Below are positions 28,147 to 37,031 of a stretch of DNA of 59,372 bases, in pieces. The stretch is from contig JAHILH010000004.1 in the NCBI GenBank assembly GCA_018897195.1, forward strand, positions 149,678-209,049, read 5' to 3'. Position 1 is the first letter of the stretch; the number at the start of each line of letters is the position of its first letter. A program made the position numbers and the translations under genes. Source of the stretch: Patescibacteria group bacterium. GTDB lineage: Bacteria > Patescibacteriota > Patescibacteriia > Patescibacteriales > UBA12075. The notes below the pieces were generated by a model. The model saw only the letters and a program-made list of their open reading frames with translations. It searched no databases and was not told the origin of the DNA.

Positions 28147-28605
28147 TTATTTTTTTCTAAATTCCGTTATAAGTAAGTAAAAAATTGCACAAACAATCAT
28201 GGCATCAGCTATATTAAAAACTGTAAACCACTTAACGCTTAAATAGTCGATAACATAGCCATATTTAAGTCGATCGAATAAATTACTAGAAGCACCCAAA
28301 ATAATAAAGGAAAAAGCGCCTTTAATAGCGGTTGTCTGACCTTTATTGGTTAAAAGAGAGAAGATTAACCCGATAATAATAAAAAAGATAGTATAGTTTA
28401 GTAAAGTTCCAGAAAGAGGAATAGAAAAGGCAATAAAATAGTTTTTAGCTAAACTAAATTTGAGCCAGTCAGTAATTAATACATAATTAAACTGTTGTAC
28501 GCTAACAATTTTAAAAAACCTATCTAGGATAACAAAAAAGATGGCTAACAAAAACCAGGTAGCCATCTTTTTTTGAAATAATTTATTGCTTTCAATAAAT
28601 TTCAT
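28147..28605 (-). CDS. lspA: Lipoprotein signal peptidase II
   Basis: NLFDRLKYGYVIDY and FNIADAMI motifs. The likely start is the ATG at 28605, which avoids overlap with the upstream gene. Confidence 0.8.
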   Translation of the reverse strand: MKFIESNKLFQKKMATWFLLAIFFVILDRFFKIVSVQQFNYVLITDWLKFSLAKNYFIAFSIPLSGTLLNYTIFFIIIGLIFSLLTNKGQTTAIKGAFSFIILGASSNLFDRLKYGYVIDYLSVKWFTVFNIADAMIVCAIFYLLITEFRKK

Positions 28606-28612
28606 GAGTATT

Positions 28613-28993
28613 TTATTGATTTTGTAATTTTGTTTTACATTCAACGCAGGCGCTTGCAACAGGGCGAGCTAATAATCTTTTTGGGTTAATTGGTTTGTGA
28701 CAATACTTACAAACTCCGTAAGTTTTATTTTCAATACGTTCTAAGGCTTTATCAATGTCGCGAAGACTTGATTCTAATACTTTATCCGTGGCTAGGTTGG
28801 TAGTGTATTCATCGATTTCTTGAGCGTTTTCGTCTAACTTGTCACCAAACTCAGGAAATTTAACATTATCAGCTCCGTCGGTGATATCGTTAACCTCTTT
28901 TAATATTTCAACCCGCTCTAAAATAAGATTCTCTTTGATTTTTTTAATATCTTCTGGACTTAGGGTTGCAAATAGATCTTTTTCTGTACTCAT
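28613..28993 (-). CDS. DksA/TraR-family C4 zinc-finger protein
   Basis: CKYCHKPI...ACVECK C4 finger after a coiled-coil region. Confidence 0.8.
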   Translation of the reverse strand: MSTEKDLFATLSPEDIKKIKENLILERVEILKEVNDITDGADNVKFPEFGDKLDENAQEIDEYTTNLATDKVLESSLRDIDKALERIENKTYGVCKYCHKPINPKRLLARPVASACVECKTKLQNQ

Positions 28994-29110
28994 ATATTTT
29001 TTGAAATGAAGGTTGTTATTTAATATAAGCCAACCAGCACTTTTGCTAGGGTAAAATTTATACTCTCAGTATATAGGAAATAATTTATTTTGGCAAGGTT
29101 GGGGGGTTTT

Positions 29111-29420
29111 AAAAAATAAAAAAAAGGAGCCCAGACGGGCCCCTTCTTGTTATAAACAAATGAATTTATGGGCTATTGTCTGAGCTCCATCCCTCAGAAT
29201 GTTTTTGGCAATGAACCAAAAATATCGTTCTGTAGGGGTGAAGCTTTCTTTCTGACTTTAGGAAGCTGAATTTTTTACCAGTCTAGTGGTTGCTCTCGAT
29301 CTTTTTTGATGATTAGGACCAACCTTTTTTTTATTTTTGTTTTTTTGCTATGTCAGATCTAGCAGTAATGACCAGTAAAAAATAATTATATTAATATATA
29401 ATGTGCTCTTTTGCTTTATA
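29111..29420 (-). ncRNA. Candidate ~310-nt non-coding RNA of unknown class
   Basis: Bounded by a near-consensus promoter (29426-29454) and a long GC-rich terminator hairpin with a U-tract (29111-29188). The longest internal ORF is 5 codons. Several nested helices can be drawn. Confidence 0.4.
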
Positions 29421-29425
29421 AATAA

Positions 29426-29454
29426 AGTATACCACATTCGGGCGAGAGAGTCAA
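29426..29454 (-). promoter_or_regulatory. Sigma70-type promoter (TTGACT-17 nt-TGgTATACT) on the minus strand
   Basis: The minus strand reads TTGACTctctcgcccgaatgTGgTATACT. Confidence 0.5.
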
Positions 29455-29533
29455 TCCAGGCAAGTGTTTTATTTTATAGCTAATATTAAATATAAAATTT
29501 TGGTCAAAAGGGGGCTTGTTGATAACTTTTTTA

Positions 29534-29563
29534 ACTTAAGTCCAGAGTTTTGTGGACTTAAGT
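29534..29563. repeat. Palindromic element (consensus copy)
   Basis: acttaagtccagagttttgtggacttaagt. Confidence 0.85.
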
Positions 29564-29615
29564 CGAAATGTATAAAAATAGATATTTTTTGTGGATAAAG
29601 TGTGTCTAATTAAAA

Positions 29616-29645
29616 ACTTAAGTCCAGAGTTTTGTGGACTTAAGT
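29616..29645. repeat. Palindromic element (consensus copy)
   Basis: acttaagtccagagttttgtggacttaagt. Confidence 0.85.
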
Positions 29646-29671
29646 AGTAATTATATGGTGTTTATTTATTA

Positions 29672-29699
29672 TTTAAGTCCAGTAAAAACTGGACTTAAA
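29672..29699. repeat. Palindromic element, variant
   Basis: tttaagtccagtaaaaactggacttaaa. Confidence 0.75.
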
Positions 29700-29706
29700 T
29701 GTGAAT

Positions 29707-29751
29707 AAAAAAGACTTAAGTCCACAAAACTCTGGACTTAAGTCTTTTTTT
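29707..29751. terminator. Palindromic element flanked by A6/T7 runs. It acts as an intrinsic terminator directly after tRNA-Cys.
   Basis: aaaaaagacttaagtccacaaaactctggacttaagtcttttttt. The loop is inverted relative to the other copies. Confidence 0.75.
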
Positions 29752-29760
29752 ATAATTTTG

Positions 29761-29831
29761 AGGCTTGAGAGGGAATCGAACCCACGATGGAAGTTTTGCA
29801 AACTTCTGCCTTACCACTTGGCTATCAAGCC
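29761..29831 (-). tRNA. tRNA-Cys (GCA)
   Basis: On the minus strand: acceptor GGCTTGA/TCAAGCC, anticodon arm GAAGT-TTGCAAA-ACTTC, T-arm GGGTTCGATTCCC. Confidence 0.9.
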
Positions 29832-30064
29832 GTTAAATAAAAAAAACAAGAATGTGGGAGACTTTTTATCCTTGTTGTTTATGTTTTTAATATATCAAAG
29901 AAAAAAATTAATTTCAAGGGGAACTTGACTATTTCTTTATTGTGTAGTAATATATGAGCATAAAGCTAGTTGATGTATATTAACTAGCTTTATTTTTAAA
30001 TATTTATTATTTTGGTATTTTTTGAAAATTTATTCGAAAAATATGTAATATTAAGATAAAAACT

Positions 30065-31288
30065 ATGTCAGATTTATCAAATGCAATCAAACAAGTTTGC
30101 GAGGAAAAAAATTTAAGCTACGAAGCAGTTATTGAGACTATTGAATCAGCTTTAGCGGCGGCCTATCGAAAAGATTTTGGAGTTAAAAACCAAAATATTA
30201 AAATTGAGTTTGACGAAAGTGATGTGGCGAAGTCAAAGGTGTTTGATGTAAAAACTGTGGTAGAAGATTTACCAGAAGAGGAAGAGGTGATTGAGGGTGA
30301 AGAGGTTGACGGTGAAATTGCCCCCGTTGAAGCGGTAAGTGGTGAAGATGAATTGGCTGAGGGTGAAGATGGGGTAAAAAAATTCAATCCAAAAACAGAA
30401 ATGCAAATTAAAGATGCGAAATTATTGAAGAAAGGTGCTAAGATTGGAGACGAGTTAAAAATTAAATTGGATGTACCGGCTACTTATGGACGCATGGCAG
30501 CACAAACTGCAAAACAAGTTATTATTCAAAGATTAAGAGAGGCAGAAAGAGAAATGGTGTTTAATGATTTTAAAGACAAAGAACATGAAGTGGTAAGTGG
30601 AGTGATTCAAAGACGAGAAAGACGTTTTGTTTTGGTTGACCTTGGTAAATCAATTGGTATTTTACAGAGTGAAGAGCAAATCCCTGGTGAAAAATATATT
30701 CCTGGTGAGAGAATTAAGGTTTATGTTAAAGAAGTGAGCTTGAAGGCGAAGGGACCAGAGATTGTTTTGTCAAGAACTTCAGAAGAAATTTTACGCAAAG
30801 TCTTTTATTTAGAAATTCCTGAAGTTTCCAATGGCTTGATTGAGATTAAGAAATTGGCGCGTGAAGCTGGTTCTAGATCAAAAGTGGCAGTTTGGACTGA
30901 TTCAGAAAATATTGATCCAATTGGCTCTTGTGTTGGTCAACGGGGCGCGCGCATCCAAACCATTATTAAAGAATTGGGTGGCGAAAAAGTGGATATTATT
31001 GAGTATGATGAAGATCCAAAGAAATTCATCATCAATGCTTTATCACCAGCCAAAATTTTAGGAATTGATATTGATGAAGAAACTGAAAAGGCGACTGTGG
31101 CGGTTGCCGCTGATCAATTATCATTGGCTATTGGTAAGGGTGGTCAAAACGCTCGTTTAGCTGCTCGTTTAACTGGTTGGAAAATTGATATCGTTGAAAG
31201 TGGAACTAAAAAAAGTGAAGGTATGGAAATAGTTGCTGAAGAAGAGGTAGTCGAAGAAGCTGAAAGCGTTGATGAAGAAAATAAATAA
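30065..31288 (+). CDS. nusA: Transcription termination/antitermination factor NusA
   Basis: S1 and KH domains (GSCVGQRGARIQ, AIGKGGQNARLA). An acidic insertion (EEEEVIEGEEVDGE...) lies in the N-terminal region, and the C-terminal tail is also acidic. Confidence 0.9.
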   Translation: MSDLSNAIKQVCEEKNLSYEAVIETIESALAAAYRKDFGVKNQNIKIEFDESDVAKSKVFDVKTVVEDLPEEEEVIEGEEVDGEIAPVEAVSGEDELAEGEDGVKKFNPKTEMQIKDAKLLKKGAKIGDELKIKLDVPATYGRMAAQTAKQVIIQRLREAEREMVFNDFKDKEHEVVSGVIQRRERRFVLVDLGKSIGILQSEEQIPGEKYIPGERIKVYVKEVSLKAKGPEIVLSRTSEEILRKVFYLEIPEVSNGLIEIKKLAREAGSRSKVAVWTDSENIDPIGSCVGQRGARIQTIIKELGGEKVDIIEYDEDPKKFIINALSPAKILGIDIDEETEKATVAVAADQLSLAIGKGGQNARLAARLTGWKIDIVESGTKKSEGMEIVAEEEVVEEAESVDEENK

Positions 31289-31310
31289 TTAAATAATTTT
31301 ATAAATCAAT

Positions 31311-32243
31311 ATGCAAGATAAAATTTATATTATCGGACACAAATCACCAGACTTAGATAGCGTTGCTGGAGCGATTTGTTATGCGGAGTTGAAAAATAAA
31401 TTAGAGAACACAGATAAATATATTGCTGCAATGGCTGGTGAAGTCAACGAGGAGACGGCCTATATTTTGAACAAGAGTAGCTTTGCTAAACCGGAAGTTA
31501 TTACCGATGCTAGTCAGAAAAATATTATCTTAATTGATCATAATGAATTTGTTCAAGCGGCTGATGGAATGGCGGAGGCTAATATTATTGAAGTCTTGGA
31601 TCATCACAAGGTTGATTTTAAGTATAGTAATCCAATTGCATTTAAGGTTTTGCCCTGGGGTGCGAGTTGCACGATTGTGGCGCATGGTTATTTAAGTAGT
31701 AATGTGGCGGTAACCAAGGAGATGGCGACTTTAATGTTGTCAGCAATTTTGGTTGATACGGTAATTACAAAATCACCCACTTGCACCGAGTTTGATAAGG
31801 CGGTGATTGAGAAATTAAGTCAGATTGCCCAGATTGCCGATTGGAAAGACTTTGGAATGGAAATTTTTAAAGTGCGATCTAATGTAAGCAAGTTGAGCGA
31901 TGAGGATATTATCAAAAGCGATTTTAAAGATTTTAATTTAGCGGCTGGCAAATTCGGGATTGGTCAGGTGGAGACGGTTGATTTGAAAGACTTCGCAAAT
32001 CGTGAGGAAGGACTATTGGCGCAATTGGATAAGATGCGCGCGAATGGGGCTTACCATAGTGTGATTTTATTTTTGACTGATATTATTAATGAAGGTTCTT
32101 TGTTTTTGGTCTCTTCGAGTGATGAAGAAAAAGTATCAGAAGCCTTGGGTAGTAAATTGGAAAATAATCGCGTTTATATTCCGGGAATTTTATCGCGTAA
32201 AAAACAAGTAGCGCCGAAGTTTAATGAAGTATTTGATAAATAA
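31311..32243 (+). CDS. ppaC: Family II (Mn-dependent, DHH) inorganic pyrophosphatase
   Basis: GHKSPDLDS, IDHNE and LDHHK motifs with a DHHA2-like C-terminus. Length is 310 aa. Confidence 0.8.
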   Translation: MQDKIYIIGHKSPDLDSVAGAICYAELKNKLENTDKYIAAMAGEVNEETAYILNKSSFAKPEVITDASQKNIILIDHNEFVQAADGMAEANIIEVLDHHKVDFKYSNPIAFKVLPWGASCTIVAHGYLSSNVAVTKEMATLMLSAILVDTVITKSPTCTEFDKAVIEKLSQIAQIADWKDFGMEIFKVRSNVSKLSDEDIIKSDFKDFNLAAGKFGIGQVETVDLKDFANREEGLLAQLDKMRANGAYHSVILFLTDIINEGSLFLVSSSDEEKVSEALGSKLENNRVYIPGILSRKKQVAPKFNEVFDK

Positions 32244-32259
32244 TTAAATTATAATAAAT

Positions 32260-33552
32260 ATGAAAGTAGAAAAAAAAGATTTAAAAAAATCACAAATTGA
32301 ACTGTTGGTGGAATTGTCAGTAGAAGAATTTGAGCCATATGTAAAAAAGGGTGCTGATGTGGTAGCCAAAGAAGTAAAGATTGATGGTTTTCGACCAGGA
32401 AGCGTTCCTTACGAGATTTTACGCCAAAAGATTGGTGACATGACTATTATTGAAGAGGGTGCACGGATTGCAATTAATAAATTATTAGAAAAAGTAATCA
32501 AGGAGAATGTGACAGAGCAGATTGTTGGTCAACCAGTAATTGATATTACTAAATTAGCGCCAGGAAATCCAATGGAGTTTAAAGTAGTTTTATCATTAGT
32601 ACCCGCAGTAACTCTTGGTTCATATAAAGATGCAAAGATCAAGGCAAAGAAAATCGTGGTTGACGAAAAAGAGGTTGAGCGCACCTTGAATGAGTTAAAA
32701 GAAATGCGCGTGCAAGAAGTTTTGGTTGAGAGAGAGTCAAAGAAAGACGATAAGGTTTTGGTGGACATTAAAATGTTTCAAGATAATGTTCCCTTGGAGG
32801 GCGGTCAAGGTAAAAATGCAGTCGTTATTATTGGTAAGGATTATATTATTCCTGGTTTTGACAAAGAAATGACGGGCGTAAAGAAGGGCGATGTTAAAGA
32901 ATTTAGCCTGCCTTACCCAGTGGATCATTATATGAAAAACTTAGCCGGTAAGATGGTTGATTTTAAAATAACAATTTTAGATGTTTATGAAAGAGAGTTG
33001 CCAGAATTTGATGATAAGTTTGCTGAGCAATTTGGTTTGAAGAAGTTTGCTGAATTGAAAGATAATATTACTAAGAGTATTAAAGAACAAAAAGAAAAGG
33101 AAATTAACGTTACCTTGGAAAAAGAATTATTTGATAAGTTAATTGAGAAAACTAAATTCGGTGATTTCCCGGAAGTTTTGATTCAACATGAGTTGGAAAC
33201 TATGATGCGCGAATTGGAGCACTCAGTGGCAGAAAACGGTGCGAAGTTTGATGATTACTTGAAGAGCCTGAATAAATCTCGAAATGAATTGGCGTTGGAC
33301 TTGGCACCGGATGCCTTGAAGCGTGTGAAGGCTTCGTTATTGATTAGAGAGATTGCGTTAGCGGAAAATATTAAAGCAACTGATGAGGATGTGCAGAAAT
33401 ACATCGATGGTGCGAAGAAGCAATATCAAGCTCATAAAGATATTTTAGGCCGATTGGATGCGCCAGAATATCGCGATTATGTAGCTAATATCTTAACGAG
33501 TCAAAAAGTAGTCGACGCGTTGCGTGAGTGGAACATTGAATCCGATAAGTAG
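32260..33552 (+). CDS. tig: Trigger factor
   Basis: 430 aa with the GFRPG ribosome-binding motif and an FKBP-like middle domain. Confidence 0.9.
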   Translation: MKVEKKDLKKSQIELLVELSVEEFEPYVKKGADVVAKEVKIDGFRPGSVPYEILRQKIGDMTIIEEGARIAINKLLEKVIKENVTEQIVGQPVIDITKLAPGNPMEFKVVLSLVPAVTLGSYKDAKIKAKKIVVDEKEVERTLNELKEMRVQEVLVERESKKDDKVLVDIKMFQDNVPLEGGQGKNAVVIIGKDYIIPGFDKEMTGVKKGDVKEFSLPYPVDHYMKNLAGKMVDFKITILDVYERELPEFDDKFAEQFGLKKFAELKDNITKSIKEQKEKEINVTLEKELFDKLIEKTKFGDFPEVLIQHELETMMRELEHSVAENGAKFDDYLKSLNKSRNELALDLAPDALKRVKASLLIREIALAENIKATDEDVQKYIDGAKKQYQAHKDILGRLDAPEYRDYVANILTSQKVVDALREWNIESDK

Positions 33553-33574
33553 AAACTAAGAGTATAAAATAAAT

Positions 33575-33598
33575 TAAAGCCTGAGAAATCAGGCTTTA
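33575..33598 (+). terminator. Terminator after tig
   Basis: TAAAGCCTGA-gaaa-TCAGGCTTTA. Confidence 0.6.
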
Positions 33599-33610
33599 AT
33601 TATAGTTGAG

Positions 33611-33712
33611 CAAAATGATTAAGATTAATCTTTTCCTCACTGCGGAACTCGTCCCGAAGCCTCGGGACTCAAACAGTCCTCGTTTCGAAAAAAATTAATC
33701 TCAATCATTTTG
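33611..33712. repeat. 102-bp MITE-like / long-hairpin element with 19-bp terminal inverted repeats
   Basis: CAAAATGATTAAGATTAAT ... ATTAATCTCAATCATTTTG (18/19 complementary) flank a GC-rich core that contains GTCCCGA-agcc-TCGGGAC. Confidence 0.6.
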
Positions 33713-33724
33713 TGTTAGAAATAT

Positions 33725-34201
33725 ATGCATTATATAATAGACGCTAATAATTTGGCGGGAAAATTGAATATTTTGGATAAGAAAGATTTTGATTTAGAGT
33801 TGATTGAAATTGTACGAGATTTTTTTGGTGCGAAAAAACATCGGGTTGATTTGATTTTTGATGGGCGCGATAATATGGGGGATAAGCGGAGTGAGGGGAA
33901 TTTAAATATTATTTATACGCCACGGGATAGTTATTATGTGGGGGCGGATGATAAGATTGTGGAGATGGTGAATAGTGATTTGGAGGGCTTGGAACATGGG
34001 CACGTGTTTGTGATTACTGATGACCTGGAGTTGATTGAGCGAGTGCAAAAAGTGGCGGAGAAAATTCAGATTATTAAAGTTAGTGATTTTGCGAAAAGTA
34101 TTTTGTTAAAATTAGAAGTTGAAGAGTTGGAAATAGAGGAGGAGTTGAGCGAGGAGGAGGAAGATGAGATAACGAAAGAATTGTCTAATTTATGGAAGTA
34201 A
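33725..34201 (+). CDS. NYN-domain (YacP-like) protein with an acidic tail
   Basis: N-terminal MHYIIDANNL...IFDG...VITDD pattern and a Glu-rich C-terminus. Confidence 0.65.
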   Translation: MHYIIDANNLAGKLNILDKKDFDLELIEIVRDFFGAKKHRVDLIFDGRDNMGDKRSEGNLNIIYTPRDSYYVGADDKIVEMVNSDLEGLEHGHVFVITDDLELIERVQKVAEKIQIIKVSDFAKSILLKLEVEELEIEEELSEEEEDEITKELSNLWK

Positions 34202-34234
34202 AAAGGTCACCAGATAAATTGGTGACCTTTTTTG
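34201..34234. terminator. Bidirectional terminator
   Basis: AAAAGGTCACCA-gataaat-TGGTGACCTTTTTT. Confidence 0.75.
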
Positions 34235-34585
34235 TTATGATGTAAAAAGAAGTTCTTCAACTTCTACACCTTCAAATAATGAAGGCTCGCCTCGGACGTT
34301 GAGACGAAAAGCAATATTGCCAAACTCTGTTTCGACCATGCCACCACCATCCTTGTACTTGTGCCCGTGCTTTACCGGAACGATTAACATCTTTTTATTA
34401 AGTTGTCCGAATGCTACCTGAAAATCAAATAACTCATAAAATTTTCTGCCAGAATTGGAACGTTTTTTGGGACCAAATATAACACAATATCCTATTTGAT
34501 CGTCTACTTTTGCAAAAAAAATAAATTTTTCATTAGGATTAAGACCCTTGACCTTTGCAATGCCATCTTGTTTAGCGATTATCAT
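34235..34585 (-). CDS. Hypothetical protein
   Basis: 116-aa ORF with no recognisable motif. It lies downstream of hypE in the same orientation. Confidence 0.5.
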   Translation of the reverse strand: MIIAKQDGIAKVKGLNPNEKFIFFAKVDDQIGYCVIFGPKKRSNSGRKFYELFDFQVAFGQLNKKMLIVPVKHGHKYKDGGGMVETEFGNIAFRLNVRGEPSLFEGVEVEELLFTS

Positions 34586-34675
34586 TTTTTGTCTCCAATA
34601 GGTTTGTGGTTAATGGTTTTTTTGTTAAAAAAGATCAATAGTACATTATATAAAATATTGAAAATTTGTCAATGT

Positions 34676-35653
34676 TTAGCAAATTCGTGGAATTAATTTT
34701 CCTTTTGGCATTTTGATTGGGCGGAGTGTGCCTAGAGAGGTTTTTAAGAAAACTCCCTTGCCTACGTCAACTCGACCGATTATTTTCGCCTCTTTGTTGA
34801 ATTTTTTTAAGAGTATTAAGGCTTTGTTTATATTTTTAGGATTAACGGCGGCGATGAAGCGGCCTTCTGAGGCGAGGGAGAAGACGTCGAGCCCGAGGAG
34901 ATTACTGATGGCAGTAGTCTCTTTTTTATATGGTAAAGTTTTTTCGTCGAGAATTATTTTTACTTTTGATTTGTCGGCAATTTCTATGATATTGGCAGCG
35001 AGGCCGCCGCGGGTGGGATCTTTACAGGCTTTTAGGTATTTACCGACTTGGGCTAGTTCAAAGTTGAAAGCGTGCGAGTCGCTTTTGATCTTGGTCTGGT
35101 AGTTAAACCGTTTGGCTAAAAGGGCGATGGTGTGTTCGCCAAGATCTCCGGAGCTAATAATAAAATCTCCGGGTTGAGCGCCGTTATTAGAGATGATGTT
35201 TTGGACTAAACCGATTCCAGAGGTGGTGATGACGATTTTATCGAGTTTACCCTTGTCGGTTACTTTAGTGTCGCCAGTGACGATTGGAACTTTGGATTCT
35301 TGAGAAACCTTATTAATTGATTGCATGATTTTTTTGAGATCATCTTTGGGAAAGCCGTCTTCGAGGACGATACTGAGGGCGATGCCAATTGGTTTAGCAC
35401 CCATAACAGATAAATCATTAATTGTACCACTCATGGCAATCTTACCAATGTCGCCACCAGGGAAAAAAATTGGATCAACGATGTAGGCATCAGTGGTGAA
35501 AACAATTTTTTCTTTACCAGTATTAAAAACAGCTGCGTCATCGGCGCAGTTAGTCCATTTATTTTTGATATTTAAAATATCCCTTATTTCTTTTATCAAG
35601 TCAGTGGAAGCTTGGCCACCACCACCTTCATCGATTTTAATTAAGTCATTCAT
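34676..35653 (-). CDS. hypE: Hydrogenase maturation protein HypE
   Basis: AIR-synthase-like fold ending in the diagnostic C-terminal PRIC. Confidence 0.9.
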   Translation of the reverse strand: MNDLIKIDEGGGGQASTDLIKEIRDILNIKNKWTNCADDAAVFNTGKEKIVFTTDAYIVDPIFFPGGDIGKIAMSGTINDLSVMGAKPIGIALSIVLEDGFPKDDLKKIMQSINKVSQESKVPIVTGDTKVTDKGKLDKIVITTSGIGLVQNIISNNGAQPGDFIISSGDLGEHTIALLAKRFNYQTKIKSDSHAFNFELAQVGKYLKACKDPTRGGLAANIIEIADKSKVKIILDEKTLPYKKETTAISNLLGLDVFSLASEGRFIAAVNPKNINKALILLKKFNKEAKIIGRVDVGKGVFLKTSLGTLRPIKMPKGKLIPRIC

Positions 35654-35710
35654 TGGTTTGAAAATTATGAAATTAAAAATTGATTCTTTAATTTAAATTT
35701 AAATTCAAAA

Positions 35711-36742
35711 TTAATTATTTTGGTATTCAATATTACAAGCGCCTTCACTGGAAACCATACAGGGGCCGAATGGTTTGTCTGGAGTACAGACAGTGTTGAA
35801 CATTGGGCATTGCTGTGGTTTTAAGGCACCTTGGATAATGTGGCCGCACTTGCAGGCGGCGTTTTTTTTATAAGTGTGTTTTATCTTATTTAAAATAGTT
35901 TGATATTTTATTTTAGCATCTTGGGCTTGGTATTTTTTTTTGATTACTAAACCAGAGTTAGGAATATTACCAAGACCACGCCAGAGACCATTACTAGGCT
36001 CGAAAACTTCGAAAATTAAATCGTAGGCCTTGGTGTTACCGGTTTTGGTAACGGCGCGAGTATATTCATTTTCAACATCTTGGCGCTTTTCGTTAATTTG
36101 TTTGAGTAGTAAATGAATACCTACGAGCACATCTTCGGCTTCAAAACCGGTGATAACTTGCGGGGCTTTGATTTTTTTGTAGGCCTCGGTGCCGACGATG
36201 ACGGAGACGTGACCCGGGTTGATAAAGCCGTCAATATTGGTTAAACCGTTTTTTAGCAGATGAATCATGGCGGGCAAGAAAAGTTTGTGGGCGGAATAGA
36301 CAGTGAGCCCATTTTTAATCGCATAAGCCGTCATAGGAGCGGTGGTTTCAAAACCGAGACCGAAGAAAACCAAATCAGGGTATTCTTTTTTTAGTTCAAG
36401 CGCTTCTTCAATTGAATAAACGGCAAAAATTTTGGCGCCCTTTCTTTGCGCATCTTCCAAGCTGCCAAAGTCGCCGGGGACCTTGATGGTGTCACCATAG
36501 GTGGCGATGGGAATACCGGCGAGAGCAAGATTAACAAGATTATCAATATCAGATTGATCAGTGACGCAGACAGGGCAACCGGGGCCAGTGATGAGATTGA
36601 TGTTAGCTGGCATGAGCTGTCTGATGCCGTAGCGACTAATGGCTTGTGTGTGCGTGCCGCAAACCTCCATGAGATTTACATCTTTACTAATACTCTGTGC
36701 AAATAAATTTATATTTTCTATTATATTTTTAGTGTTTAGCAT
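35711..36742 (-). CDS. hypD: Hydrogenase maturation protein HypD
   Basis: GPGCPVCV motif and a C-terminal Cys cluster. Confidence 0.9.
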   Translation of the reverse strand: MLNTKNIIENINLFAQSISKDVNLMEVCGTHTQAISRYGIRQLMPANINLITGPGCPVCVTDQSDIDNLVNLALAGIPIATYGDTIKVPGDFGSLEDAQRKGAKIFAVYSIEEALELKKEYPDLVFFGLGFETTAPMTAYAIKNGLTVYSAHKLFLPAMIHLLKNGLTNIDGFINPGHVSVIVGTEAYKKIKAPQVITGFEAEDVLVGIHLLLKQINEKRQDVENEYTRAVTKTGNTKAYDLIFEVFEPSNGLWRGLGNIPNSGLVIKKKYQAQDAKIKYQTILNKIKHTYKKNAACKCGHIIQGALKPQQCPMFNTVCTPDKPFGPCMVSSEGACNIEYQNN

Positions 36743-36790
36743 TGGTTTAATTTTGAATGACGAATTTTGAATTTTGACTTAAGGAGGTAT

Positions 36791-37009
36791 TTATTTAATT
36801 AAAATTTTATTATGCGCGTCTAAGCTGTTCTTTGCGTCCTTTGTTGATAATCTTTGAATTACAAAACCGGCGTGAACGAGAACATAGTCACCTGGATTTA
36901 GTTTAAAATCGATGAGAGAAATATTAACGTCTTTGCGGGCGCCCATAAAGTCGGCTTCAGCCTTGTTTTCTTTGATTGAGATTATTTTTCCAGGAATAGC
37001 TAGACACAT
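36791..37009 (-). CDS. hypC: Hydrogenase maturation protein HypC
   Basis: Starts MCLAIPGKI. Length is 72 aa. Confidence 0.9.
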   Translation of the reverse strand: MCLAIPGKIISIKENKAEADFMGARKDVNISLIDFKLNPGDYVLVHAGFVIQRLSTKDAKNSLDAHNKILIK

Positions 37010-37031
37010 ATTTTTGATGTATAATTAATTT

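Noticed and set aside
29111-29420. The candidate ncRNA might be RNase P RNA, SRP RNA, 6S RNA or a T-box/riboswitch leader.
   Set aside because: Several hallmark sequences were not found on either strand: the P4 sequences (GAGGAAAGUCC and ACAGAAnCCGGCUUA), the SRP domain IV GGAA/AGCA loops and the T-box sequence. The class is left unknown, not assigned.
17601-29751. The clustered ACTTAAGTCCA...TGGACTTAAGT repeats could be a CRISPR array.
   Set aside because: The units are self-complementary pairs with irregular spacing (18 to more than 200 bp) and variable orientation of the centre. They are scattered over four loci, and no cas genes or leader are present.
29701-29928. A 75-aa plus-strand ORF.
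   Set aside because: It is built from a palindromic repeat and the antisense of tRNA-Cys. It is almost certainly not coding.
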